Shown in pieces: positions 1-10,031 of a DNA stretch of 64,000 bases. The DNA comes from Chlorobiaceae bacterium. GTDB taxonomy: Bacteria > Bacteroidota > Chlorobiia > Chlorobiales > Chlorobiaceae. The first letter of the stretch is position 1, and each line of letters starts with the position of its first letter. Under the pieces are notes generated by a model that was given only the letters and a program-made list of their open reading frames with translations, was not told where the DNA came from and searched no databases. The position numbers and the translations under genes are program-made. The stretch lies in contig JAAXXR010000001.1 of assembly GCA_013334335.1 (NCBI GenBank), forward strand, positions 33,688 through 97,687, written 5' to 3'.

Positions 1-245
1 GAACGGACAAAGGGGGGGAGTACCTGGCAAAAAAACAGGACTCCTTCATGAAGGTCAACGGCAGCGAGGAGATGCTCGGCGTCGTGATCTACGGAGACAA
101 GATCATCGCCAAAGAGTACCGGAACGGCACCCTCGGCATGAAAACCATCGTCATCCCGATCAGGGACGGAACAACCATCGAAGAGCTCACCCTGAGCCCA
201 CCTCCGTTGATCGACCGCACCAGGCGGATCATCAGGATCCGGTGA
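1..245 (+). CDS. 3' end of an unidentified CDS entering from upstream of the window
   Basis: Frame 3 is open from nt 3 to the TGA at 243-245. The listed 48..245 ORF is only its internal Met. No family recognised. Confidence 0.3.
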   Translation, partial: TDKGGEYLAKKQDSFMKVNGSEEMLGVVIYGDKIIAKEYRNGTLGMKTIVIPIRDGTTIEELTLSPPPLIDRTRRIIRIR

Positions 246-308
246 AGATCGCTGTCGGTGTGGCCGGCCATCGAATTCAGGAAAAACGAGGGGTGGCCGC
301 AACCGCAG

Positions 309-1067
309 TCATGTCGGATGCTGCAGGCGGCCGAACTTCGTGAAATCGGGGCTTCGTTTCAGGTCGGCAGGGGTGACGAAGTTCGGATCTGCTTCGACTG
401 CGGCAAGAAGCAGTTCGTCCCGCGAGCGGATCCGCTTGGCCGCCGCGTACTTGTCGAGGAAGGCGGCCACTTCCCGGTCGGCCGCCGACATCGAGCGCTT
501 CGGCTGTCCGGGCAGGTGCAGGTACTCCAGCTTTGCCCGCAGGTCGACCCCCCGGATGCGGGGAGAGTACTCCGGTCCGGCTTCCGAGAAGCAGCGGAAC
601 ACGAGCTCCGAACAGACCATCGGTTCGCGCTCTTCGTCGATCAGGTCGTTCAGCAGCGAGGCCGCGGCGTCGAGCGCCCAGCGCAGAAAGGGAAGCGGCA
701 CTCTCCGGGTGGTGCAGAGCAGTGCGAGCAGGAGAAGCTCCTCGTAGGAGAAGCGCCCCCCCTGGGCGGCATACCGCGCGGTGACGTCGAGCACCGGCGC
801 TGCGGGCAGTTCCGGTTCCCCAAGCACATGCCCACCTTTCTTCAGCCGCCAGACATCGACATAGCGGGTGTGGGCCAGGGATTCATCGATCGTTCTGCGC
901 ACGATTCCCTCGGCGACCGCTTCGACGACCGCTGCGCCGTCGAAGATCGACGAGTGGCTGTACTCGGAACCGCTGAACCACTGGATCAACTGAGAAACGG
1001 CGGACTCCCCGTGATAGAGCAGCACATCACCGGCTCGGAGCTCATTGACAGAAATGGTGGCGGGCAT
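309..1067 (-). CDS. YiiX/YaeF-like permuted papain-fold (C92/NlpC-P60-related) hydrolase
   Basis: GDVLLYHG...SEYSHSS followed later by VCSELVF, i.e. His before Cys as in the permuted fold. ATG at 1067 is preceded by GAAGGAGGA. Confidence 0.6.
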   Translation of the reverse strand: MPATISVNELRAGDVLLYHGESAVSQLIQWFSGSEYSHSSIFDGAAVVEAVAEGIVRRTIDESLAHTRYVDVWRLKKGGHVLGEPELPAAPVLDVTARYAAQGGRFSYEELLLLALLCTTRRVPLPFLRWALDAAASLLNDLIDEEREPMVCSELVFRCFSEAGPEYSPRIRGVDLRAKLEYLHLPGQPKRSMSAADREVAAFLDKYAAAKRIRSRDELLLAAVEADPNFVTPADLKRSPDFTKFGRLQHPT

Positions 1068-1301
1068 GGCATCCTCCTTCGATCTGTTGTGGAACGGATC
1101 ACGCTTCCGGTCGGAACGACTGGGGGAGGACGACACGGGATGCTTTACGAATGAAAGTTACCGATCAATCGGAAAAGATGAAAGCCCCGTCGAACCGAAA
1201 CAACGGGGTGGCCATTTTTTTCCCTCATTTAGGAAGAAAAATTTTCTGATCTTTAACCTTAATTCATCGTGCCCCTCGGGGCCAATCAGTACGAACCGCG
1301 A

Positions 1302-2906
1302 ATGAACCGACAACTGCTACTCGGTGCGGAGGCTGTCGCCCAGGGAGCTCTCGATGCAGGCATCTCGGGCGTGTACGCTTATCCAGGCACGCCATCCACC
1401 GAAATCACCGAATACATCCAGCGCGCTGACGCCGCCCGAGAAGGCGAGGTGCGCTCCTCATGGTCGACAAACGAAAAGACCGCCTACGAAGCCGCGCTCG
1501 GCATGTCCTACGCCGGAAAGCGCTGCCTCGTGTGCATGAAACACGTTGGACTGAACGTCGCGGCCGACGCCTTCATCAACTCCGCGATCACGGGGGTGAA
1601 CGGAGGGCTGGTGCTCGCCGTGGCCGACGACCCCTCGATGCACTCGTCGCAGAACGAGCAGGACAGCAGGGTCTATGGCCGTTTCGCCATGGTACCGGTG
1701 CTCGAACCGGCTTCACAGCAGGAGCTCTACGATGCGATGCCCCACGCCTTCGAGCTGTCTGAAGCGCTTCGCCTGCCGGTCATCGTCCGGATGACCACGC
1801 GCCTGTCACACTCCCGCGCCGGGGTCGAGCGGAGGAGGCCGATGGAGCAGAACGCGATGAACGCCGAGAACGCCCCGGAACGGTTCGTGCTCATGCCGCA
1901 CAACGCCAGGGCGCAGTACCGCCACCTGCTCGGCCTCCAGCCGATGCTCGAAGCGCTTTCGGAATCATCGTTCCTGAACCGGCCGGTCGAAGGGTCCGGT
2001 CCGCTGGGAATCATCGCCTTCGGCATCGGATTCAATTACGCGATGGAGGCCCGCCGCGCCAATGGAATCGACTGCCGGGTACTGAAAATCGGGCAGTATC
2101 CGCCGCCCCGGACCCAGGTGGACGAACTCTTCGACGCCTGCTCCAGTGTACTGGTCGTCGAGGAGGGCTATCCGGTCTACGAAGAGCTCTTCAGGGGCTA
2201 CTTCGGATCTCCGAAGGTGCGGGGACGGATGGACGGAGCCCTGCCGCGCGACGGCGAACTGACGACCGACCTCGTGGCCTCGGCGCTCGGCGTCAAGCCG
2301 CCTGAAACCGCTTCCGTTCCGGAGATCGTCGTCAACCGACCGCCGGAACTCTGCAAGGGATGCGGTCACCGCGACATGTTCGACGCGATCAACATCGCGA
2401 TGCAGGAGCATGCCGAGCACCACGTCTTTTCCGACATCGGCTGCTACACGCTCGGTGCCCTGCCGCCCTATAGTGCGATCCACACCTGCGTCGACATGGG
2501 AGCCTCCATCACCATGGCAAAAGGCGCGGCCGACGCCGGGCTGCGGCCGGCGGCCTGCGTGATCGGGGACTCCACCTTCGCCCATTCGGGCATGACCGGT
2601 CTGCTCGACGCGATCAACGACCGATCCCCGGTAACGGTCATCATCGCGGACAACGACACCACCGCCATGACCGGCGGACAGCACTCGTCGGCATCCGGCT
2701 CCCGGCTGGTGCAGATCTGTCGGGGACTCGGCGTCGATGAACAGCACATCAGGACGATCATTCCATTGAAACAGCATCTTCAGGAGAACGTAGCCGTACT
2801 CCGCGAAGAGTTGGGCTATGACGGGGTCTCGGTAGTCATCGTTCAGCGTGAGTGCATCGAATCGGCAGCAAAGAAAAAACGCCGCGCCGCGGCCGCAGGG
2901 AAGTAA
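1302..2906 (+). CDS. iorA: Indolepyruvate:ferredoxin oxidoreductase alpha subunit
   Basis: N-terminus LLLGAEAVAQGALDAGISGVYAYPGTPSTEI, TPP motif GDSTFAHSGM, CKGCGH cluster. Followed by iorB. Confidence 0.9.
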   Translation: MNRQLLLGAEAVAQGALDAGISGVYAYPGTPSTEITEYIQRADAAREGEVRSSWSTNEKTAYEAALGMSYAGKRCLVCMKHVGLNVAADAFINSAITGVNGGLVLAVADDPSMHSSQNEQDSRVYGRFAMVPVLEPASQQELYDAMPHAFELSEALRLPVIVRMTTRLSHSRAGVERRRPMEQNAMNAENAPERFVLMPHNARAQYRHLLGLQPMLEALSESSFLNRPVEGSGPLGIIAFGIGFNYAMEARRANGIDCRVLKIGQYPPPRTQVDELFDACSSVLVVEEGYPVYEELFRGYFGSPKVRGRMDGALPRDGELTTDLVASALGVKPPETASVPEIVVNRPPELCKGCGHRDMFDAINIAMQEHAEHHVFSDIGCYTLGALPPYSAIHTCVDMGASITMAKGAADAGLRPAACVIGDSTFAHSGMTGLLDAINDRSPVTVIIADNDTTAMTGGQHSSASGSRLVQICRGLGVDEQHIRTIIPLKQHLQENVAVLREELGYDGVSVVIVQRECIESAAKKKRRAAAAGK

Positions 2907-2912
2907 ACGGAC

Positions 2913-3488
2913 ATGCAGAAAAACATCATACTCGCAGGTGTTGGCGGCCAGGGAATCCTCAGCATCGCCGCGGTCATCGACTGGGCCGCCCTCCAGGATG
3001 GGCTCGAGATCCGCCAGGCGGAGGTGCACGGCATGAGCCAGCGGGGTGGCGCGGTGCAGTCGCACCTGCGGATCGCGGACCACGAACTCTACGCCGACCT
3101 GATCGGACTCGGCACTGCGGATCTCATCCTGTCGGTCGAACCGCTGGAGGCCCTGCGCTACCTTCCGTACCTCGCCCCGGGAGGACACGTGGTCACCTCC
3201 CTTGAACCGTTCGTGAACATGCCCGGCTACCCGCCGCTGGAGGAGATCGTCACCCGGCTCGAAGGAACCGGCCATCCGGTGCTGGTCCATGCCGCTGCGC
3301 TTGCCCGCGAGGCAGGAAGTGCGCGGGCGTCGAACATGGTCATGCTCGGCGCGGGTGCGCCCTTCACCGGGATCGCCCCGGAAAAACTCGAGGCGGGAAT
3401 CAACGCCCTCTTCGGGGCAAAGGGCCAGGAGATCATCGACATCAACATCAGAGCGTTCCGCGAGGGACTGCAGCTCTCCAACACCTAA
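2913..3488 (+). CDS. iorB: Indolepyruvate:ferredoxin oxidoreductase beta subunit
   Basis: 191 aa, GVGGQGILS motif of the 2-oxoacid:Fd oxidoreductase gamma-like domain. 7 nt after iorA. Confidence 0.85.
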   Translation: MQKNIILAGVGGQGILSIAAVIDWAALQDGLEIRQAEVHGMSQRGGAVQSHLRIADHELYADLIGLGTADLILSVEPLEALRYLPYLAPGGHVVTSLEPFVNMPGYPPLEEIVTRLEGTGHPVLVHAAALAREAGSARASNMVMLGAGAPFTGIAPEKLEAGINALFGAKGQEIIDINIRAFREGLQLSNT

Positions 3489-3499
3489 CTTCACCATCC

Positions 3500-4801
3500 A
3501 TGATCTGGAACGAGTATCACGAGTGCATGGAACGCGACCAGCTTGCCGAGCTGCAGGGCGAACGGCTTCGGCAAATGGTCGAACGGGTCTACTTCAACGT
3601 CCCCTTCTACCGGAACAAACTGCAGGAGATGGGCATCGAGCCGGGCGACATCCGTACGGTCGATGAGCTGCAGAACCTGCCCTTCACCACCAAGCAGGAC
3701 CTGCGCGACAACTATCCGTTCGGCCTCTTCGCCGTGCCGCAGCAGGATGTGGTGCGCCTCCATGCGTCAAGCGGCACCACGGGCAAGTCGACCGTAGTCG
3801 GCTACACCCATAACGACATCATGATGTGGTCGGAGGTGGTCGCCCGCTCGCTCACCATGGCCGGTATCACGAAAAGCGATATCGTCCAGGTCGCCTACGG
3901 CTACGGACTCTTTACCGGCGGCCTCGGCGTGCACTACGGAGCGGAAAAGGTCGGCGCTTCGGTCATCCCGATCTCCGGCGGCAACACCAGGAAGCAGTTG
4001 CAACTCCTTGAGGACTTCGGGTCGACGGCCATCGCCTGCACCCCCTCCTACGCAGCCTACCTTGGTGAGGCGCTCATCGAGGAGAAGATCGACCGCTCAA
4101 GGCTCAAGCTCAGGGCAGGCATCTTCGGGGCAGAACCGTGGACCGAAGAGATGCGCGCCCAGATCGAGAAATCCCTCGGCATCAAGGCGTACGATATCTA
4201 CGGGCTCTCGGAGGTGATCGGACCTGGCGTCTCCATGGAGTGCGGTTGCCAGAACGGCATGCACGTCTTCGAGGACCACTTCATCCCGGAGATCATCAAC
4301 CCTGAAACCGGTGCGGTGCTGCCCTATGGAGAGCTCGGCGAACTGGTCTTCACCACGGTCACCAAAGAGGCTATGCCACTGATCCGCTACCGCACTCGCG
4401 ACCTCACCCGCCTGCATGCCGACCGCTGCGACTGCGGCCGCACGCTGGTCCGCATGGAGAAGTGCGTCGGCCGTTCGGACGACATGCTCATCATCCGCGG
4501 CGTGAACGTCTTCCCGTCACAGGTCGAGTCGGTACTGCTCGAAATGAGCGAAACCCGGCCGCACTACCTGCTCGTGGTCAGCCGTGAGAACAACCTCGAC
4601 ACCCTCGAAATCCAGGTTGAGGTCGAGGACCAGTTCTTCTCCGATGAGGTCAAGGAGCTTGAAGGCCTCCGCAAGCGGATCGGCGCGAACCTGGCGAGCA
4701 CGCTTGGCCTGCACGCAACCGTCAGACTGGTCGAACCGGGCACGATCGAGCGAAGCATGGGTAAAGCCCAGCGAGTCATCGACAACCGCAAACTCAAATA
4801 A
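3500..4801 (+). CDS. paaK: Phenylacetate-CoA ligase (PaaK / F390 synthetase family)
   Basis: 433 aa, AMP-binding motif [11 protein letters not shown], typical PaaK N-terminus ([15 protein letters not shown]). Confidence 0.85.
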   Translation: MIWNEYHECMERDQLAELQGERLRQMVERVYFNVPFYRNKLQEMGIEPGDIRTVDELQNLPFTTKQDLRDNYPFGLFAVPQQDVVRLHASSGTTGKSTVVGYTHNDIMMWSEVVARSLTMAGITKSDIVQVAYGYGLFTGGLGVHYGAEKVGASVIPISGGNTRKQLQLLEDFGSTAIACTPSYAAYLGEALIEEKIDRSRLKLRAGIFGAEPWTEEMRAQIEKSLGIKAYDIYGLSEVIGPGVSMECGCQNGMHVFEDHFIPEIINPETGAVLPYGELGELVFTTVTKEAMPLIRYRTRDLTRLHADRCDCGRTLVRMEKCVGRSDDMLIIRGVNVFPSQVESVLLEMSETRPHYLLVVSRENNLDTLEIQVEVEDQFFSDEVKELEGLRKRIGANLASTLGLHATVRLVEPGTIERSMGKAQRVIDNRKLK

Positions 4802-4816
4802 CCTCAAGGAGGCACC

Positions 4817-5245
4817 ATGATCATCAAGCAACTCTCGGTGTTTCTCGAAAACAGGGCAGGGCGCCTGACCGAGCTGACTGGCATACTGGCGGACAACGGC
4901 ATCAACATCTCGGCGTTCTGCATCGCAGACACGGCTGATTTCGGCATCCTGCGCGTGATCACGGGCAAACCGGAACTGGCCGAACAGGTGCTCAAGGAGC
5001 AGGGGTTTGCGGTCAAGATCACCGATGTCATCGGCATGATCGTGCCCCACAAACCGGGCGGCCTGCACAAAGCGTTGCAGATACTCACGGACAACGGCAT
5101 TTCGATCGAGTACATGTACGCCTTCGCATCAGCGGACGACCGCGCGACGGTGGTCATCCGTACCGATGCCATGCCGAAAACCATCGATGTCCTGCAAATG
5201 CACAAGCTGGAGCTGGTGACGGCTGGAGATGTTTACCAGATGTAA
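4817..5245 (+). CDS. Tandem ACT-domain (amino-acid-binding) protein
   Basis: 142 aa with two ACT-like repeats (LSVFLENRAGRL..., IGMIVPHKPGGL...). Usual partner of paaK/ior genes. Confidence 0.75.
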   Translation: MIIKQLSVFLENRAGRLTELTGILADNGINISAFCIADTADFGILRVITGKPELAEQVLKEQGFAVKITDVIGMIVPHKPGGLHKALQILTDNGISIEYMYAFASADDRATVVIRTDAMPKTIDVLQMHKLELVTAGDVYQM

Positions 5246-5259
5246 CAAAAATAATAACC

Positions 5260-6453
5260 ATGCCCCGTTTTTCGACCTCCGTTTCAGCCCTCCGCTCATC
5301 GGCAATCAGGGAGCTCATGAGCCTCGCCTCGAGGCCCGACATCATCTCCTTCGCCGGCGGAATGCCGGGCAATGAGCTGTTCCCGGTCGAGGAGGTCGAA
5401 GAGCTGTTCCGACACCTCGACCCGAAGGCCAAGCGAGCCGCGTTCCAGTATGGCCCGACACCCGGCCTGCCGTCTCTGCTCGAATCGCTCGGCGGATTCC
5501 TTGAACGCAAGGGACTGCCCGTGAAAAAGAACCGCCTCATGATCACCACCGGATCACAGCAGGCGCTCAACATCCTGGCAAAGGCCTTCGTCGACCCCGG
5601 CGACCGCGTGCTGACCGAGTACCCCTGCTTCATCGGGGCCATCGCGGCCTTCCGCTCCTGCGGAGCCGAGATCGTCTCCATTCCTGTCGATGAGGAGGGC
5701 ATCGACATCGGCCTGCTGGAGGCGGAGTCGATACGGACCGACCCGGCAAAGTTCCTGTACGTCACCCCCTACTTCCACAACCCGGCGGGTATGCTCTACA
5801 GCACGGATCGCAAGCGCCAGCTCATCGCGACGCTGCAGGGCAAGGATATCCCGCTCATCGAGGATGATGCCTACGGCGACCTCTGGTTCAGCGAAGAGCA
5901 TCTCGATCGACTGAAGCCGATCAAGGCCATCGACCCCGAAGGCATCGACGTCTGCTACACCGGTTCGTTCTCAAAGATCCTCGGCCCCGGACTACGCCTC
6001 GGCTGGCTGCTCGCCCCCGAACCGATCTTCGAAAAGTGCGAGCTCATCAAGCAGTCGGCCGACGCCTGCTCCCCAAGCTTCACGCAAGTGATCGCCGACG
6101 CCTTCATCCGCTCGGGAAAAATCGAGCCCTACATCGCCTCGGTGCGGCAGGAGTACCAACGACGCGCCACCTGCATGTCGGAGGCCCTCAGGCGCCACCT
6201 GCCGGGATACGTGCACTGGAACGAACCGAAGGGGGGGTTTTACATCTGGCTCACCCTGCCCGAAGGTACCGATGCATCGACCATCCTGAAGCGAGCCATC
6301 GAGGGCGGCGCCGTCTTTGTCATTGGCAGTACCTTCGACCCGCAAGGAACGCGGAACAACGCCATGCGCCTCTCCTACTGCAACAACTCACCGGAAGAGA
6401 TCAACCGCGGGGTCCCAATCATTGCCGACGCCATCAGGTCGATCTGCGGATAG
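5260..6453 (+). CDS. PLP-dependent class I/II aminotransferase (aromatic / 2-aminoadipate type)
   Basis: 397 aa, aminotransferase fold-type I signature region (TGSFSKILGPGLRLGW). Confidence 0.8.
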   Translation: MPRFSTSVSALRSSAIRELMSLASRPDIISFAGGMPGNELFPVEEVEELFRHLDPKAKRAAFQYGPTPGLPSLLESLGGFLERKGLPVKKNRLMITTGSQQALNILAKAFVDPGDRVLTEYPCFIGAIAAFRSCGAEIVSIPVDEEGIDIGLLEAESIRTDPAKFLYVTPYFHNPAGMLYSTDRKRQLIATLQGKDIPLIEDDAYGDLWFSEEHLDRLKPIKAIDPEGIDVCYTGSFSKILGPGLRLGWLLAPEPIFEKCELIKQSADACSPSFTQVIADAFIRSGKIEPYIASVRQEYQRRATCMSEALRRHLPGYVHWNEPKGGFYIWLTLPEGTDASTILKRAIEGGAVFVIGSTFDPQGTRNNAMRLSYCNNSPEEINRGVPIIADAIRSICG

Positions 6454-6466
6454 CGGTGCCTCAACG

Positions 6467-6493
6467 CAGAAGCCCCTGGTGCAGGGGCTTCTG
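6467..6493. terminator. Hairpin between convergent genes
   Basis: cagaagcccct-ggtgc-aggggcttctg, an 11-bp perfect stem between the aminotransferase (+) and the lipoprotein gene (-). Confidence 0.6.
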
Positions 6494-6516
6494 GGATTGA
6501 CGGCGGTGCCGGGGGG

Positions 6517-7326
6517 TTACTGCTTCTGCGACTGCTGCTGCATCTTGCGGGCGAACTCCTGCATCTCCTTCATCTTCTCCGGCGTCATGCCCTGGGGTGC
6601 TGTCGGGACCTGCATTTTCGTGCAGTTGTCCGGTACCTTGAACAGGGCGTCGTCAAGCGAAGTCCGCTCGACTTTGGTCAGGTCGGTCACGATGCCTGCC
6701 GGGGAGATCTTAGTCCTGACCGGAAATCCATCCAGCCCTGCGGCTTTGAGCCGTTCAGCCAGCTTCGGCATGTTGCGGTCTCTCGATCCCTGCATCCGCT
6801 CATAGGCGAAATAGTCGAGCATATCCTTGGTGACCCAGATATCCATCGTCATGTCCTTGATGCCTTCGGTGATCCTGACGTGCGTACAGTTGTAACCGTT
6901 GACCATCTCCTTTCCGAGATTCTCGATCTTGGCATCCTTGAAGGGATCAACATCGACCTTCTTGCCGGGTCGGGAGACGTCAACCTCCATGCAGGTCCCG
7001 GCAGCCTCGTTGATCATGTAGATCTTCTCCGGGGTGGCGGCAGGGGCGATCATGATCATCTTCTGCTTGCTGCTCTGTCCCTCCAATTCCATTGCGGTCT
7101 CGGTGCGAACACCCTGCTTGCCGATGAACAGCTTCATCTCACTCACCGCCTCGCCGGGAATGGTGGTGCTCATGTACATGATACCTTCGAACGGACCGGC
7201 CAGGACGGGTGCCGGCTGCTCTGGGGTGCTTCCGGACGGGGCGTTCGGGCTCTCCTTGCCCTTGCATGCGGAGAGCAACAGGAGCGGCAGCAGCAGCGCC
7301 GCGAAAAGGCGAGAAAAGGTTCTCAT
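6517..7326 (-). CDS. DUF4412-like lipoprotein
   Basis: Lipobox LLLSAC after a hydrophobic signal. Met/Lys/Gln-rich tail. Family assignment is from memory. Confidence 0.55.
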   Translation of the reverse strand: MRTFSRLFAALLLPLLLLSACKGKESPNAPSGSTPEQPAPVLAGPFEGIMYMSTTIPGEAVSEMKLFIGKQGVRTETAMELEGQSSKQKMIMIAPAATPEKIYMINEAAGTCMEVDVSRPGKKVDVDPFKDAKIENLGKEMVNGYNCTHVRITEGIKDMTMDIWVTKDMLDYFAYERMQGSRDRNMPKLAERLKAAGLDGFPVRTKISPAGIVTDLTKVERTSLDDALFKVPDNCTKMQVPTAPQGMTPEKMKEMQEFARKMQQQSQKQ

Positions 7327-7731
7327 TTTTCTTCACGATTAATGGTTGCAAGGCGGAACAGGAAAAAACAAAAAGTGGAGGAAAACGGCATGCTCGTCGC
7401 CTGAAGGCAAGCGCTTAACAAAAATTTACGAAATCCCCGCGGATACAGGAAGCATCCGCAGGCTTTGCGTTGCACTTGGCAAAGTTTCGACGTCGTTCTT
7501 GGCTTGTGCATTTCAACCCCGCGCAGCTTCGTGGCTGCTTCGAGTCAACCGCACAGGAGCACTCTTTACGGCACTGAACCGTTGAACAACATGCAACTCC
7601 CGCTCATCGCGGTTGTCCCCATCAACAACGATCAGGGGCAAGATCAGGGGGAGCGGTTCATCGATGACGTTTTCAGGAGCGGCACCGGCCAGTCAGGATC
7701 GATCCGCCACCACCCTTGGGAACAACAAACC

Positions 7732-9837
7732 TCAGGCTCCGTAGCGCTTCCGGATCCCGAGCTTGTCGATCCGGGAGTAGAGGGTCTTGGCGTTTATTTC
7801 GAGCAACTCGGCAGCGCCCCCCTCTCCGCTGACACGTCCACCGCTCCGTTCGAGCGTGTCGAGAATGAGACGGCGCTCCATCGTCTTCACCTCTTCGTCA
7901 AACTCCTTCAGCGTAACCTGGAGAGCACTCTCGGGCGGAGCCGGCTCAAAAAGGCGGGGAAGAAGGACAGAGGAAAAGTCGAGTGTTGCCCCTTCGGAAA
8001 GAATCACCGCCTGCTCGACGCAATGCGACAGCTCACGAATGTTGCCTTTCCAGGCACGTCCGGCCAGATCGGCCATGTCCTTTTCGCGGATCGGCCGGTA
8101 CGGCTTGCCAAATTCACGCGCGAACTTTTCCGCGAAATGGATCGCCAGCACAGGGATGTCCTCGTTTCGCTCCCTGAGCGGCGGGAGGAAGAGCGGGAAT
8201 GCATTCAGCCTGAAATATAGGTCCTCGCGGAACCTTCCGGTTGCGACCTCCTGGGCGAGGGTTCTGTTGGTAGCCGCGATCACGCGCACGTCGAGCGGGA
8301 TCACCTGCCTGCCGCCGATGCGCTCCAGCTCACGTTCCTGAAGCACCCTGAGCATTTTCGCCTGCAGTTCGAGCGGCAACTCCCCGACCTCGTCAAGGAA
8401 GATCGTGCCCCCGTCGGCAAGTTCGAACTTACCGATACGGCGGTCGGTCGCGCCCGTAAAGCTCCCCTTTTCATGCCCGAACAGCTCCGACTCGATGAGC
8501 GCCGCGGGAAGGGCCGCGCAGTTGACCCGCACCAGCACCCGATCCTTCCTTGGCGAGCGGTTATGGATTGCCCTGGCGACAAGCTCCTTGCCGGTGCCGG
8601 TCTCACCCTGGATCAGTACGGTCGCGTCGGTCGGCGCCACCTGGCTGACCCTGCGCAGCACTGCGGCCAAAGGCGCGCTGCTGCCGATGATCTCCTCGAA
8701 GTTGTGCGCCGCGCGGATCTCCTCCACAAGATAGGTCCGCTCACCCTCGAGCTTCCGGCGCAAGCGGTCGATCTCCTCGAAGGCGAGGTAGTTCTGCAGG
8801 GCGAGCGCCAGCTGTGGCAGGATAAGCCGGAGCGTCGCCTGTTCGGCCTCGCCGAAGGAGCAATCCTTCCCGGATATGATCAGCCCGGCGCGGCTGACCG
8901 GCAGGTCCCAGAGTTGCCCGACGATGATCGACGAGATACCGAACTTTTCCCGGACCAGTGCGACAAGCCGAAACTCCTCCGTCAAAAGCTCGAAGTTGCC
9001 GCCAGAATAGACCCCTGGCCGGGAGAGCAGTGCCGCGCTCTCCCGGGCGATTTCATCCGATCCTTCAATCCCCATCCGGGCAAGCGGTATCGCCGCCAGG
9101 AAACTCCCGTCCGGCTCCCTCATGAAGTTGTCGAACAGCAGGAAGCGCCCATCCTCTCCGGTCACCCGAATACCGATGAAGCTGCACGGCACGAGTTTGC
9201 CGATCTGCTCGCAGACCGCAAGCATCATTCGGTTGCGGTCGCGGATGGTCAGGAGCGCGTTGTTCACGGCGAGCTGCATGGCGGTTTCAGCCTCCCGCTG
9301 GCGCAACTCCTCATAGGCGAGGGCATTGCTGACGGCAACGGCGATCGGCGAGGAGACGCTGGAAAGCAGCTCCTTTTCAAGCTCGGACCACACCTTCTCC
9401 TGTCTCGAGACGAAATTCAGGAACCCGATGAGCTGCCCGCCGGAACGCAGGGGAGAGAACACGACCTGACGCATTCCAAGCTCGTGTAATGTCTGCAATA
9501 CCGTTGCGTTCGAATCGTCCTCTTCCGGAAGGTCCCGTTCCAGGCTTACCGTGGTCACGGAGCGGTCCTCAAGGTGTGTTTCGAGCCAGGAACCGACCAG
9601 AATACGTTTCTGGTTTCGAATCCGGTCCGGCAGTGCAAACCGGAGCATTTCAAAAAAAACGCTCACGTACCGGCGATCCCGGTCAATCGTAATGATGACG
9701 GCCGAATCGAATTCGAATATCAGCCTCAGCTTGTCCGTAACGGTCCGGAAAAGCTCCTGGGGGTCGCGAATCGTACCGATGGCATCGCTGATGTACTGCA
9801 TGAGTTGCCGGGATTCTGACTGGGGACCTGGTTTCAT
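7732..9837 (-). CDS. Sigma54-dependent transcriptional activator, GAF-GAF-AAA+-HTH (FhlA-like)
   Basis: Walker [15 protein letters not shown] sigma54-contact loop, C-terminal Fis-type HTH. About 370 aa of GAF-like N-terminus. Confidence 0.9.
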   Translation of the reverse strand: MKPGPQSESRQLMQYISDAIGTIRDPQELFRTVTDKLRLIFEFDSAVIITIDRDRRYVSVFFEMLRFALPDRIRNQKRILVGSWLETHLEDRSVTTVSLERDLPEEDDSNATVLQTLHELGMRQVVFSPLRSGGQLIGFLNFVSRQEKVWSELEKELLSSVSSPIAVAVSNALAYEELRQREAETAMQLAVNNALLTIRDRNRMMLAVCEQIGKLVPCSFIGIRVTGEDGRFLLFDNFMREPDGSFLAAIPLARMGIEGSDEIARESAALLSRPGVYSGGNFELLTEEFRLVALVREKFGISSIIVGQLWDLPVSRAGLIISGKDCSFGEAEQATLRLILPQLALALQNYLAFEEIDRLRRKLEGERTYLVEEIRAAHNFEEIIGSSAPLAAVLRRVSQVAPTDATVLIQGETGTGKELVARAIHNRSPRKDRVLVRVNCAALPAALIESELFGHEKGSFTGATDRRIGKFELADGGTIFLDEVGELPLELQAKMLRVLQERELERIGGRQVIPLDVRVIAATNRTLAQEVATGRFREDLYFRLNAFPLFLPPLRERNEDIPVLAIHFAEKFAREFGKPYRPIREKDMADLAGRAWKGNIRELSHCVEQAVILSEGATLDFSSVLLPRLFEPAPPESALQVTLKEFDEEVKTMERRLILDTLERSGGRVSGEGGAAELLEINAKTLYSRIDKLGIRKRYGA

Positions 9838-9845
9838 GGATAGAT

Positions 9846-9883
9846 TTCTGATTTTTTCAGAATACCGTTCACAGAATATTCTG
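9846..9883. promoter_or_regulatory. Two inverted repeats sharing the half-site TTCTGA/TCAGAA (candidate enhancer/UAS)
   Basis: TTCTGA-ttttt-TCAGAA (9846-9862) and CAGAAT-ATTCTG (9872-9883). About 100-135 nt upstream of the -24/-12 promoter. Confidence 0.5.
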
Positions 9884-9979
9884 ATATTTTAAGAAACATC
9901 AAAATAGCCATCAGTGTTCCCCTCCCCGGAGAACCGCACAGGACGTGAGTTTCTCCGACCATCAGCACCGCGGTTTTTT

Positions 9980-9995
9980 TGGCATGATTATTGCA
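9980..9995 (+). promoter_or_regulatory. Sigma54 -24/-12 promoter of the tolC-usp-emrAB operon
   Basis: TGGCATgattaTTGCA matches TGGCAC-N5-TTGCA with correct GG/GC spacing. 37 nt before the tolC ATG. Confidence 0.8.
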
Positions 9996-10031
9996 AATTA
10001 ACTCTCGATCATTACCAATCATCTGAGGATC

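Noticed and set aside
1965-3497. 510-aa minus-strand ORF. Similar long antisense ORFs: 15077-15991(+), 22933-24348(+), 25413-26756(+), 28046-29656(-), 36724-37992(+), 45540-46535(+), 49694-51079(-), 55683-56525(+), 58635-60191(-).
   Set aside because: Each lies entirely opposite a gene with clear family motifs. Their translations are Arg/Gly/Asp/His-rich low-complexity strings typical of shadow frames in GC-rich DNA. None has a recognisable domain.
7465-8220. 251-aa plus-strand ORF that starts in the 7327-7731 spacer.
   Set aside because: Two thirds of it is antisense to the HTH and AAA+ end of the sigma54 activator. It has no RBS and no recognisable motif.
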